64,000 nt of DNA. Origin: Eledone cirrhosa. Taxonomy: Eukaryota. Below the pieces are notes generated by a model that was given only the letters and a program-made list of their open reading frames with translations, did no database searches and was not told the DNA's origin. The stretch covers positions 312,480,001-312,544,000 of the forward strand of contig OZ024743.1 of the NCBI GenBank assembly GCA_964016885.1, in the 5' to 3' direction. Shown piece after piece: positions 1 to 11,297 of the stretch (its first letter is position 1; every line of letters begins with the position of its first letter). The position numbers and the translations under genes were made by a program.

Positions 1-755
1 CATAAATACCATAAAATCTTTAATAGAAAAACTATCAAACTATCTTACTCTACTGCAGCCAACATAGAATCACACACATAAAATTAACTATAGAAGAATC
101 TCTAATGAAAATAACTTAGAAACAAACACCATAACACCAAATACAAAACACAAACACATAACATCACAACCACACATACGTCAGAACGCATCACAACAAA
201 ACATCAACAAACCCAAATCTCAGCCCATATTTAACAACATACAAAACCGCATCGAAGAACCGGCACACAGAAAGGCCTCAAAATGTAACTCTCACTTACT
301 GGATAAATGCCCACTACAAAATAGATGCCTGGATTCAAATATAGTGTACCTGTGTACTATAAATTCAGGCAACTTAGCATGGCACTACATAGGTTCTACG
401 GCTGGGGAGTTCAAAAAAAGATGGTACGTTCACAGGAATTCTATAAAGAACTGTAACTAATGAACACAACAACGCTCGCCAATAAAATCTGGGAGCTTAA
501 GGATTCAAACCAAGAATACGGGATTAGCTGGTCGAAATTATCGGGGGCAAAGGCCTACAGAAATGGAATGTCCACTGCGGACTTTGCAATTTTAAAGTAT
601 GACAACATGTTGCTTAACACCAAAATAGAAAGGTCAATTTTCTGTAGGCATAAAGCAGCTACTAAATTCGCAAATTTCAAACCAACATGATTCGATCCAA
701 TAATCCCATAATTCAAACTGAACCACTTAGAGTCTATAACCCATTATTATTAACT

Positions 756-931
756 ATTGGCAGTATCGGTAGAGGGTCGGACGCTATGCTTTGGAGCACA
801 GTTACATCCTTTTACGGACTGAGTTCAAATCCCGTCGAGGTTAACTTTGCCTTTCATCCTTACGGGGTCTATAACATAAAGTACCAGTAATGTACTGGGT
901 AATTACTGGCCTTGTGCCAAAAGTAGAAACA
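756..931 (+). mobile_element. tRNA-derived SINE, family A (slightly 5'-truncated)
   Basis: A-box TGGCAGTATCGG, B-box GAGTTCAAATCC and body TTTGCCTTTCATCCTTACGGGGTC...AAGTACCAGT shared with 46308 and 60400. Flanked by an ATTATTAACT duplication. Confidence 0.85.
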
Positions 932-1339
932 ATTATTAACTGTCAATAGATCAACTAATCACTGAATCAATATCATAACCTCCTCACCTTTCTTTCTTTC
1001 ACTCTCTTTCCCTAAAACTATTTCACCTCTTCCATTATATCCTACCATGTTCTCTTCACCTCTCACATAACTTTCAATTTAGTAATTTATCCTTTATTTA
1101 TCACTGTATTATTTCTTCATAATATAACCCTCTGTAATTTAACCAATACATATGTGTATATATTTAATATTTTCATATTTATACCATCACATCTTTATAC
1201 GTACACACCACTATAATTTTAACCACCACCACTACCACCACCACCACAACTATTTTCAACGATCATATTATGTTCACTTTTTTTCACACATATTTTTTAC
1301 CTATTTTTTATCATCTTCATTCTAACTTATTCATTATTA

Positions 1340-1610
1340 TTTTTTTATTTTTTTATTTTTTATTTTTTATTTTTTATTTTTTATTTTTTATTTTTTATTT
1401 TTTATTTTTTATTTTTTATTTTTTATTTTTTCTTTTTTCTTTTTTCTTTTTTATTTTTTATTTTTTATTTTTTCTTTTTTCTTTTTTCTTTTTTCTTTTT
1501 TCTTTTTTCTTTTTTCTTTCTTTTTTCTTTTTTCTTTTTTCTTTTTTCTTTTTTCTTTTTTCTTTTTTCTTTTTTCTTTTTCTCTCTCTCTTTTTCTTTT
1601 TTCTTTCTTT
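1340..1610. repeat. (TTTTTTA)n/(TTTTTTC)n heptamer low-complexity repeat
   Basis: Directly visible tandem 7-mer. It generates the spurious poly-Phe ORF. Confidence 0.95.
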
Positions 1611-1847
1611 ATTACTGATGTGATTTGAATTTTCCTAGTATATTACAAACGCTGTGTATAATTCTAATCAGTTATTCTGATAATTTGATTAGACATGCAT
1701 GTATTTAAAATTGAGTGACACAAGTGATTAGCAATTTTTAGACACCCTAATCAAAGAAACAATTGTTAATACTGTAAATAAAACCCTCTTTTGTACAGTT
1801 GAACATGTTATTCGTCACTCTTTCACTATATATATATATATATATAT

Positions 1848-2828
<981 letters not shown>

Positions 2829-4207
2829 ATATATATATATATATATATATTAATAGAGTCTGCGGTGTTGACACTGAGGAGACCACTAATCATGTGAGTA
2901 TTTGATACATGGGGAAATGTGGATTTGTTACAGAGATGTGTAAAATCCCAACCATGGCACCAAACGGTTTCAGCTTGTGTGTTCAGCCAAAAGTGCTTGG
3001 CGGCATGGTCAAGATTTTACACACTTATATATATATAACAGAATAGCAAAGGCTATATGTAGTTGATAAAAAGTTTATTTATTTAGCCATTATATATAAT
3101 TTGCTGGCGTTGATGATTAGGTAATGTGATTCCAGCCCAATTTATCAGCCCGTGTTCATCAATGATATTTAAACAAACAACATAAAAGTTTTTTCGATAT
3201 GAGGGGCCACCACTTAGCTTGTTGACATTAAGTAGGCCAGCCCCTGTATCATTTCTACCTGGCTCTAACACTGGGGCGGAGGTGGGGTTAAGCTCCCACC
3301 TCACACCACTTCCGATGGATATCAATGATTTAGCAAGACAAAGTCTGAAAATGTCTAACTTCTCCTCCTCTCCCCTATCATGTAGTGGTGATGATAGTAG
3401 TAGCAACGAATGTAATCTCGCTCACCCTACTAGTTTCCTTGCCTGTAATACTAAGCATCTATAAAGGTGATATTGAGGAAGAGAAAACTGTAAAAGAGGG
3501 GTTGAAAGCGTGTTAATTAAATTGAAGATTAAATTAAGAAGCCATAATTAAATGAAATAAATTTAGAGTTTAATAGATATATAAATTAGTAAGTATAGAG
3601 CTTAGCAGAGCTATAACGTGTCTAGAAGACACAGAAGGCCGTTTTCCCAACATCTGGTTGGTTAATTCCCTATAAAAATTATATATATATATATATATAT
3701 ATTATATTTTTTGGTTATTTATAGCTATTTATAACTATTTCTGAAATTATCTGCCTTTGAATAACTCTCAAATAATCTTCACAAAAGAAATTACATTCAA
3801 CCACCAGATGCCATCTTTGTTTTTATAACAGGCTGAATGAGACATAACCCAACGAAACTCAAGTACCTGTATATAATTACTGTTGTAATTAATTATATAT
3901 TATGTCCACACTGTACATGTAGTTGGTGTTAGGAAGGACATCGAACTGTAGAAAACCTGCCAGATACAGATGTATATAAGCAAGACACAGTCACCTATCC
4001 AATCTTGCCTTAAGTGGGACAATTCCCATCTAACTCATGCTAGCGTGGAAGATAGACGTTAAACAATGCTGATGATGATGATGTATATATATAAATATAC
4101 ATTATAAAGTTTTAATGTTTTCCCAACTGTGTTTTAAATTTGTTTTCTGAACTGAGATATTCGGATATGCGTTTGCTAAATATTTATGTTATTTATATTG
4201 TTTAATA

Positions 4208-4273
4208 GATTCTGAAGAAATCAATGCAGCAGAAATTTATTTTCTGTTGTATTGATTGAAACATTTGTAAATC
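4208..4273 (+). ncRNA. Type I hammerhead ribozyme motif (PLE-type)
   Basis: Stem I GATT/AATC; core CTGAAGA; 17-bp stem II (AATCAATGCAGCAGAAA/TTTCTGTTGTATTGATT); GAAAC-ATTT-GTA. Confidence 0.75.
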
Positions 4274-4340
4274 AATTAAATGATATAATGTCATTTAATC
4301 CTGGTTATTTTTATTCATTTATATATATGTATATATATAT

Positions 4341-5065
4341 TAATAATTCTGACTTAATTAAATTATTGAGTAAGTGAGAAAACAACCGAAGCTGTGTCCA
4401 TTATATTCGATAAGCTTTATTTCATAATTATGTCTAACTCCCAGAAGACTAACCTGTATTTAAATTCTAAGTTGAACTCTCTCACTTTGTTTATTCTAGT
4501 TCAATTTGTTTATTTTTGCTACTCTGTCTTTGTTTTCTCTACAAAAACACCCTGGTAGAGTGCTTCTGGTAAGGCCATTTATTTTCAATTTGAATCAATG
4601 CCAGTATGTGTTCTCTGCAAATTGGTCAAGCCTGCCTGACCTCCCCTTTGATGTGCCGTCATGTATCAGAAAGTTTGAGGATTACTACTGTATCACTTGC
4701 GTCCACCAACCTGGTGTACCAGCTAGCCATACGGAACTTTCAAGTGCAGGGAGGCAAACCCCCCACTGACGATGCAGTTCCTGACTAATTACGTAATGTA
4801 TAGTAACATTACCTAATTTCTGCACATAGTGACTCCATTTGGATCACCACTGGCAGATCGGAATCATAGAAACTGGTGCATCAGTCCAGGTAACTCAAAT
4901 TTCCTACCCACACAAAGTCGTCTTCCTCACTGATTAATGTTTAAGTGTACACTCTAATCAGGTAGGTTCAAATTTTAATAATTCAGACTTAATCAAATTA
5001 TTGAGTTAGTGAGGAAATGACCAAAGCTGTGTCCATTCTATTCGATAAACTTTATTCCATAATTT
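4341..5065. repeat. ~88-bp direct repeats (4341-4429, 4976-5063) bracketing a ~550-bp non-coding core
   Basis: AATAATTC(T/A)GACTTAAT...GCTGTGTCCATT...TTCGATAA...CATAATT occurs twice ~635 bp apart, between (TA)n tracts. Confidence 0.75.
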
Positions 5066-5066
5066 C

Positions 5067-5138
<72 letters not shown>

Positions 5139-5804
5139 GGAGAGAGGAACAGACAAACAGAGTGAGAGGATGCAAGCCTGGCTATGTAGTTAAGAGTTTG
5201 TTCTGGAATCAAATGGTTTTAAATTAAGTCATGTACGTTCTACTACAGTCTTGGGTGAACCAATACGTCGGGAGTGAATTTGGTAGATGGAAATTGTAAA
5301 GAAGCTCATCATACATATATGTATCTATGCTTATATGTGTATGTTGGCTGGGTGTTTGTTTGTATGGGTGGGTGTGTGTATGTGTGTGTGTCAATAACCT
5401 GGAATCTCTTCATATCAAGACTGCTTAAAAGCAAATGATGTTTGTTTATGTCCTCCCATACATAATGCATCCTACAAATTAACAATCCAGCAAATGTCAG
5501 TGGTATAAACCATACTTACTATAAAGTATAGCTTAGCATCAGGAAGAACAACTGTTTGTAGAAAAAAACTACCTCAAAATGTCTCTTCCAGCCCATGCAA
5601 GTATAGAAAAGCAGACATCTTTAAGATAGTAGATTATAATTTGGCTGCTATTTCTAACAGGTTCAATGACTATGCACAGGCTCCAGCTATATTCACATAT
5701 AATGTTATTGTTCTTTTATCCTACTTATATAATTATCACTTGATATATTACAGTAAATAAATAAATAAATAAACATGAAACAATGTTTTACCATGTATAT
5801 ATAT

Positions 5805-6158
5805 GGAGGCATATGGCTTAGTGGTTAGAGCATTGGTCTTGCAATCGAAAGGTTGTGAGTTCAATTCTCAGACCGGGTGATGTGTTGTGTACTTGAGCAA
5901 GACACTTTATTTCACATTGCTCCAGTTTACTCAGCTCTAGAAATGAGATGATAGGAACTGGGGTCCCTATCATTCCACTGCAAAGTGGTCGTGGAGGTGC
6001 CACGGCAAAAAAGCACCCAGCACTCACTGTAAATGAGGTTGGTGTTAGGAAGGGCATCCAGCTGTAGAAATCAAGCCAGAATCAGTTCCCGTCCCACCCT
6101 TGCAAGCAGGGAAAAAGCGGACGTAAAATGAAATGAAATGAAATGAAATGAAATGAAA
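5805..6158 (+). mobile_element. tRNA-derived CORE-like SINE, family B, with RTE-type 3' end and (TGAAA)n tail
   Basis: A-box TGGCTTAGTGG, B-box GAGTTCAATTC, CORE-like TGTGTTGTGTACTTGAGCAAGACACTT. Near-identical to 45371-45718. Confidence 0.85.
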
Positions 6159-6160
6159 AA

Positions 6161-6480
6161 TATGTAGGAGGTGAGTTTTATTGTAGTACAATAAAGCAAT
6201 GCAGATATTGGATAAGTAGCACTCTACAGTTTGTAGGACTGGAGTATAAATAATATAAGATCAAAAGATGGTTAAAAGAATTCCATGTATTTTATTATGC
6301 GCATTTCAAAAACAAATATCATCATGAGATGACATTTGTGTTTTCGTCAGATAAAATAGGGAGACATGATATGAAGGTTAAAAAACACTTGTGAATAGTG
6401 CAGTTTTAAATCAACATATCATATGTTGATTTAAAACTGCACTATTCATGGAACTCTTTTAACCATCTTTTGATCTTATA
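6161..6480 (-). mobile_element. Truncated PLE pLTR with hammerhead (6291-6355), snap-back hairpin (6392-6448) and inverted 5' piece
   Basis: Homologous to the pLTR at 25562-25790. Minus strand reads TTAT-CTGACGA-stem II-GAAAT-GCGC-ATA-ATAA. Perfect 28-bp hairpin arms. Confidence 0.75.
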
Positions 6481-6712
6481 TATATATATATATATAGAGT
6501 AAACATTCAGTTTGAATACATTTTTGTATATATTTGAAGTTTACAATTATAAGACGTCACACAGATGTTTTTCTTTTTAAATATATAGCATAACGTTTGA
6601 TATATATATTTATATATATATATATATATGCGTGTATGTATGTATGTATATATATATATATATATATAGATATATATATTCATATATTTATTTTCATCAA
6701 AAACATAATCAA

Positions 6713-6832
6713 TTATTTCTTCTTTTTCTTTCCCTTTCCCTTATCTTTCTTATCTTTGCCACTGGCACCCTCCTGTTCTAGTTTAGCTGCTTTGAATCTC
6801 TTCTTACCAAGTGGTGTCTTAGCATACCATTC
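6713..6832 (-). CDS. IQCA1: IQCA1/DRC11 terminal coding exon
   Basis: AG acceptor at 6834-6833, then EWYAKTPLGKKRFKAAKLEQEGASGKDKKDKGKGKKKKK*. WYAKTPLGKKR plus a Lys-rich tail matches the IQCA1 C-terminus as I recall it. Confidence 0.85.
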   Translation of the reverse strand, partial: EWYAKTPLGKKRFKAAKLEQEGASGKDKKDKGKGKKKKK

Positions 6833-7134
6833 CTGTTTCGATGAAAAATGTGATAGAAAATAGAAAAGAAACATTTTTTAATGAGTTACAATGTATTACT
6901 GGTATTCTGATGTGTGAAAGGCAACATCAGTTTTGGTGGGATATGAATTGGAACCAAGATTGCATAATCCTAGAAACTGTATTACAGTTAGTCCAGCACT
7001 CTAAAAACTCAGCCTTCTTTCAATGGCACCAGGGAAAATCATTATGCCTACTAATTCAAAAAATTGACTAAACATATATCACATAACTATCAAAGTTATC
7101 AAAGTTAAGTTAACAGTTACACATATATACGACT

Positions 7135-7320
7135 AGGTAAAGACACTCCTGTTGCTCGTCACTTCCATTCCCCAACCACTTTACTCAACACCTCACTGTC
7201 TCTGGCCTCCTTTTACACCATAGATCCACAGCTACTCACACCAGGACCAAGCAGAAATTAATTTTCTGCCTTGGAACCTCTTTTCTGTATGGACTCAATT
7301 CCCCATCACAGTTCTTTTAA
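7135..7320 (+). mobile_element. Old PLE GIY-YIG C-terminal remnant
   Basis: Translates (frameshifted) to PVARHFHSPNH...QKLIFCLGT...GLN, the typical PLE endonuclease C-terminus. Confidence 0.55.
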
Positions 7321-7805
7321 CCTCTCTTTACCCTTGCTCTCATACACAAATACATGCACAAATACACACACACACACAACTCCAGCCACCACACAATACA
7401 CACCCACATTTACAACATCCGTATTTACATAGCACTTCACACACATCTACTTCTGCACACACATAACCATCCACTCTACACTTTTGGATGTGTGCACACG
7501 TATGTGCACCTGCCCACACACACTACCGATACACATTCCTGTGCTCACATCCATGTGTGCTTAATTTTCTTGCGCACTCTTCTGATTTCATGTGGCACCC
7601 AGTGCTGTGACTGTGACATCGTTAGTGGTGAATGTTTCCTAACATTTACTCTGTCCTCACTACTCCCCAGCTCCATCCATGAACATAATGACCTCACGCC
7701 ATGCAGCTTAGCCATTTACGGTTGTACAACTTTATTATTGTATGCAAAGTTAGACAACTTCTCTTACAACCATACTAGCCACTACTATTTTCACATATAT
7801 ATATA

Positions 7806-7995
7806 CAAGGGGGTGCTGAAAAGTTCCTAGCTTTGGATAAAAGAAAATACAGGAGGATCAGTTAATTATGATTTTCTTCAACATATTCCCCTCTCAGAGT
7901 CACACACTTATTGCAGCAGTCCTACCTCCCCTGTAAAGATAACATCTCTACCCTTTCACAAAACCCTTAAAGCCAAGAAATTTTCAGAGCCCCTC

Positions 7996-7996
<1 letters not shown>
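7806..7996. mobile_element. Tc1/mariner-type MITE
   Basis: TA-flanked imperfect TIRs CAAGGGGGTGCTGAAAAGTTCCTAGCTTT / AAAGCCAAGAAATTTTCAGAGCCCCTCG. Confidence 0.75.
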
Positions 7997-8079
<83 letters not shown>

Positions 8080-8083
<4 letters not shown>

Positions 8084-8305
8084 GGTAAACAGAAATAACA
8101 AAAATAACAACACAAAAGAAATATATTAGTTTAACGCTTGAAATAGCAGGAAGAGGGTCTTAACGTTTCAGACACTAGTCCTTCATCAGAAGAAAGAATG
8201 AAAAATTAAAAAAGAAATAGAAAGGTTGAGGAGACGAGCAGGCCGGAAATGTGGAAAAAGATTTTTTTAGAGAAAAATAACAGGTCCATTCATATTGCCA
8301 TCTCT
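8080..8305 (-). mobile_element. PLE pLTR remnant with minimal hammerhead (8158-8193)
   Basis: Minus strand TCTT-CTGATGA-AGGACTAGTGTCT-GAAAC-GTT-AAGA. Same family as 35255-35525. Confidence 0.7.
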
Positions 8306-8317
8306 TGATATATATAT

Positions 8318-8652
8318 GTTGTTATACTTGGGGAGGGTCATATTGTTGTAATAATATTGCCAGAAATAATAACAGAACACACTCACTGTTTGGTTGATTT
8401 TCGATTCTGTATCTTTTATATCTCCATAGTTAAATCATTTGGTCCTCAATGTTTATCATTGACTGACCAATGGTCAAAAATACAGATATAAATACATATA
8501 TATAGTCTAACAAAGTTCTTTCGTTGCACATCTGCAACATCATCAGTGGTACTATTATGTTTCCTCCTGTTGTATTGTATGTCTATGCCATTTTTATTTT
8601 ATCTGTTTTTATTTTATTTGTTTATCTGATAAAATAAAAATGGTGTAGACAT
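8318..8652 (-). mobile_element. pLTR remnant of a family related to the 10786-16284 PLE, with hammerhead (~8508-8551) and junction hairpin (~8576-8651)
   Basis: Tail encodes MTLPKYNN, as in the large PLE. Minus strand CTGATGA-T-GTTGCA-GATG-TGCAAC-GAAA-GAAC-TT. Confidence 0.65.
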
Positions 8653-8978
8653 GGGAGGAAGGGAGGAACTTATCAGCAAACTAGAGACTTGATCCAAATG
8701 CTAGCAACAGAATGGACTCTGCTAAGGACATGCAAGGAACAAGAGTGGGTAGGGCATCAAACCAACTGATGAGTCAAGTTTACCACACAAGAATAAATAA
8801 CATAAAACATCTTAAACAATGTTCTCATATTTCTACCAATCTACTATCTTTAGCTGGTACTTTGTTTTATCAACCCTAAATGAAGGAAAACCAAAGATAA
8901 GCAAAAGTAAGAGGAGATGAATAAGAAGAGCAGAAGTAAATGAGGGTGCGAAGAAAGAAAAAAAGAAAAAAAGAAAAA

Positions 8979-9046
<68 letters not shown>

Positions 9047-9076
9047 AGGAAAGAAAGCTATATATTTCTTGCTCAC

Positions 9077-9254
9077 AGTAACGAGATGTGTAGTCAGGTC
9101 TTGGGATTAGAATAATCTTCTGGTAGAGATTGGACATTGGTTTCATATCTCCTTCATATGGGCTATTAGATATTCCAACTAGCAGTAGGCGATTTTCTGG
9201 TTTGATAGTCTTGATAAATTTTGGCAGCTCTTTTGCCAAACGTTTTGGATTGGT
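9077..9254 (-). CDS. IQCA1: IQCA1/DRC11 internal exon (AAA domain C-terminal part)
   Basis: AG acceptor at 9256-9255, GTGAG donor at 9076. Reads TNPKRLAKELPKFIKTIKPENRLLLVGISNSPYEGDMKPMSNLYQKIILIPRPDYTSRY, matching the IQCA1 motif PKRL...YQKIILxPRPDYxSRY. Confidence 0.9.
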
Positions 9255-9667
9255 CTACATGAAATACACAAAAGTTAAAGCATTAATTATGGAAACATCA
9301 GCCCTTTTCAATGATATAGAACCAAAGACTCTAAATCAAATGCTGTATTGTTCATACACTTCACACATTTACTTACATGAACAAACCAACAAAGGAGCTT
9401 CTGTAGTCACTTGACTGGATAAAAATAGCAAAACCCTCTTTTAATAAAACCTAACATCTTAAAAAAGGGAAGGCCATATTTGATAAAGTAGTCTTAGATA
9501 CCCTCAAAATATACATTGGTAATGGTTGGAATGAGTTTGATCATAGGTATGCTCAAAGTTACTACTACTACTAAATTCATCCAATTCTCTGTAGTGACAT
9601 GATAAAACCTTTCCATCTCACAGTTGAAGCTTAGCCGTTTGGCATAAAACCTATAATAATATATGTA

Positions 9668-9730
<63 letters not shown>

Positions 9731-9731
<1 letters not shown>

Positions 9732-10145
9732 TAGCAGAGGTACCCGGCGTTGCTCGGGTATTAAATAGCAGTTATGTATACCATTTATGTCAATACTTCA
9801 GTGCTGCTTCGAAAACTATACTTTTACAAAATCATCGGCTTTTTCCCAAAGGGGGTTCCTGCTCCCAGGGGTCCCCTACTCAATATGTGTCAATTCACAT
9901 TCATATGTAGAACAAACGTAGTCCATGTGTCAAGTTTTGTGAAAATCGGTTGCGAACTCCAGAAGTTATGACGTTTTGTTGCATTGCACTGCAGTGCTAA
10001 AGTCGACTCCAAGGAAGTGGGTGAAGGGGGTTATCTGCCGGGAGGCCCTATAATCAATATCTGGTAAAATGAAAGTGCCCATGACCATCCGGAGTACATA
10101 AGTAACCTATGTCTTAAGTTTGGTAAAAATACTGTAGAAATGCAT
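9731..10145 (-). mobile_element. Non-autonomous Helitron (3' end at 9731)
   Basis: Minus strand ends with hairpin TACCCG-AGCAACGC-CGGGTA, then CCTCTG-CTAG|T into (TA)n, the canonical Helitron 3' terminus. 5' boundary uncertain. Confidence 0.65.
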
Positions 10146-10149
10146 GAGG

Positions 10150-10668
10150 CTTACACACGCACGTGCGTGCGTGCGTGCGTCCGTGCATGCGCGTGTTTGT
10201 GTGTGTTTCTGTGTGTGTATGTATTTGTATGTGCGTATGTATGTGTATGTCCGTCGGCGCATACGTATGTACTGGCCTAAATCTTCACTATTTACTTTTA
10301 CTATTTTAATAACCTCTGTCATTTTCGTTTTCAATTTTATTTACATCATGCTTAAACTCCGGAGCTGGAAATCATTCGGTTATTTTAAATAGAATATTAG
10401 TCTAACGACTCCATTTACACCATAAACTTAGTCTTGTCTTTGCATGAAATTGTTCTTCTCAGTCCACATAACCTCGCTTTTTTTCCGTTCATTTCCAGGG
10501 AACGTCTTCACGAACCAAAATATCGTCTTCCTGATTTCCTTCGGTTGCAACGTTTCTCGAAATATTTACTTCTGCGTTCACAGTTTAATTTTTCTAGATT
10601 CAGATGTTCCCGTTAATGTTGAATGCGGCGATTCTTTGCTTAAACTTTAATCTGTTCTTATAACAAAT
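10150..10668 (+). mobile_element. PLE 3' UTR/pLTR remnant homologous to 22500-23280
   Basis: GT-rich tract followed by a ~320-bp block (CTTAAACTCCGGAGC...CACGAACCAAAATATCGTCTTCCTG...GATTCTTTGCTTAAACTTTAATCTGTT) shared with the 3' region of the PLE at 20452. Confidence 0.65.
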
Positions 10669-10684
10669 ATATATATATATATAT

Positions 10685-10793
<109 letters not shown>

Positions 10794-10945
10794 ATACTTT
10801 GGGAGGGTCATGTTGCCAATAAGAAACACACGCACCAGTTGCTTTCACTTCAATTTATTATATATTTATAAATTTATATATCTACAAACTTATAAATTTC
10901 TGGTTGGTTGGTTGGTTCCACAACAAGATAGTTGTTTATATATAT

Positions 10946-10990
10946 AGTCATAGTCCTTTCGTCACACACTCTGTGACCTCTTCAGTGACT
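10946..10990 (-). ncRNA. Hammerhead-like motif in the 3' pLTR
   Basis: AGTCA-CTGAAGA-G-GTCACA-GAGTG-TGTGAC-GAAA-GGAC-TA-TGACT on the minus strand. Confidence 0.65.
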
Positions 10991-11297
10991 GGGGATTCCT
11001 TTCTTCGTTTCTGTGCCTTTCCTTTCTTCTATCCTACGCCATTTTGTTTCTGTGTGTGTGTTGTGTGCTCAGTTTGCGCATGCGCCACATCCGGGTGTCT
11101 GTGTGTGTTTGTGTTCATTTTTCTATTTTTCTATTTATATTTTTCTATTTGTTTATTTATTTATTTATTTATTGTTGGTTGGTTGTTTGTTCTATGTGTG
11201 TGTGTGTTTTCATTTTGTCCTGTGTGTGTTTTCATTTTGTGTGTGTTTTCAATTGTAAGTTGTTTGTTCTATGTGTGTGTGTGTTTTCATTTTGTCC

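Larger units (their letters stand above)
1..1826 (+). mobile_element. Penelope-like element 3' fragment (degenerate GIY-YIG endonuclease, 3' UTR/pLTR), interrupted by a SINE and a T-rich repeat
   Basis: Translation gives HKYHKIFNRKTIKLSYST...KCPLQNRCLDSNIVYLC...YIGSTAGEFKKRWYVH...TTLANKIWELKD. This parallels the GIY-YIG region of the PLEs at 21624-22274 and 26358-26890. Stops and frameshifts present; ends in (TA)n at 1827. Confidence 0.8.

Noticed and set aside
1270-1623. Poly-Phe, poly-IY, poly-L/S/R/E and poly-CV ORFs here and throughout the window
   Set aside because: Artefacts of stop-free microsatellites: (TA)n, (CTT)n, (GAA)n, (GT)n, (TATG)n.
3083-3464. Overlapping 107-aa and 81-aa ORFs
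   Set aside because: No recognisable domain or splice context; lies between (TA)n tracts and is probably an unclassified repeat fragment.
5805-5880. tRNA genes at SINE heads (also 756, 45371, 46308, 60400)
   Set aside because: Only A/B boxes are present; they continue into SINE bodies with tails or TSDs and show no complete cloverleaf.
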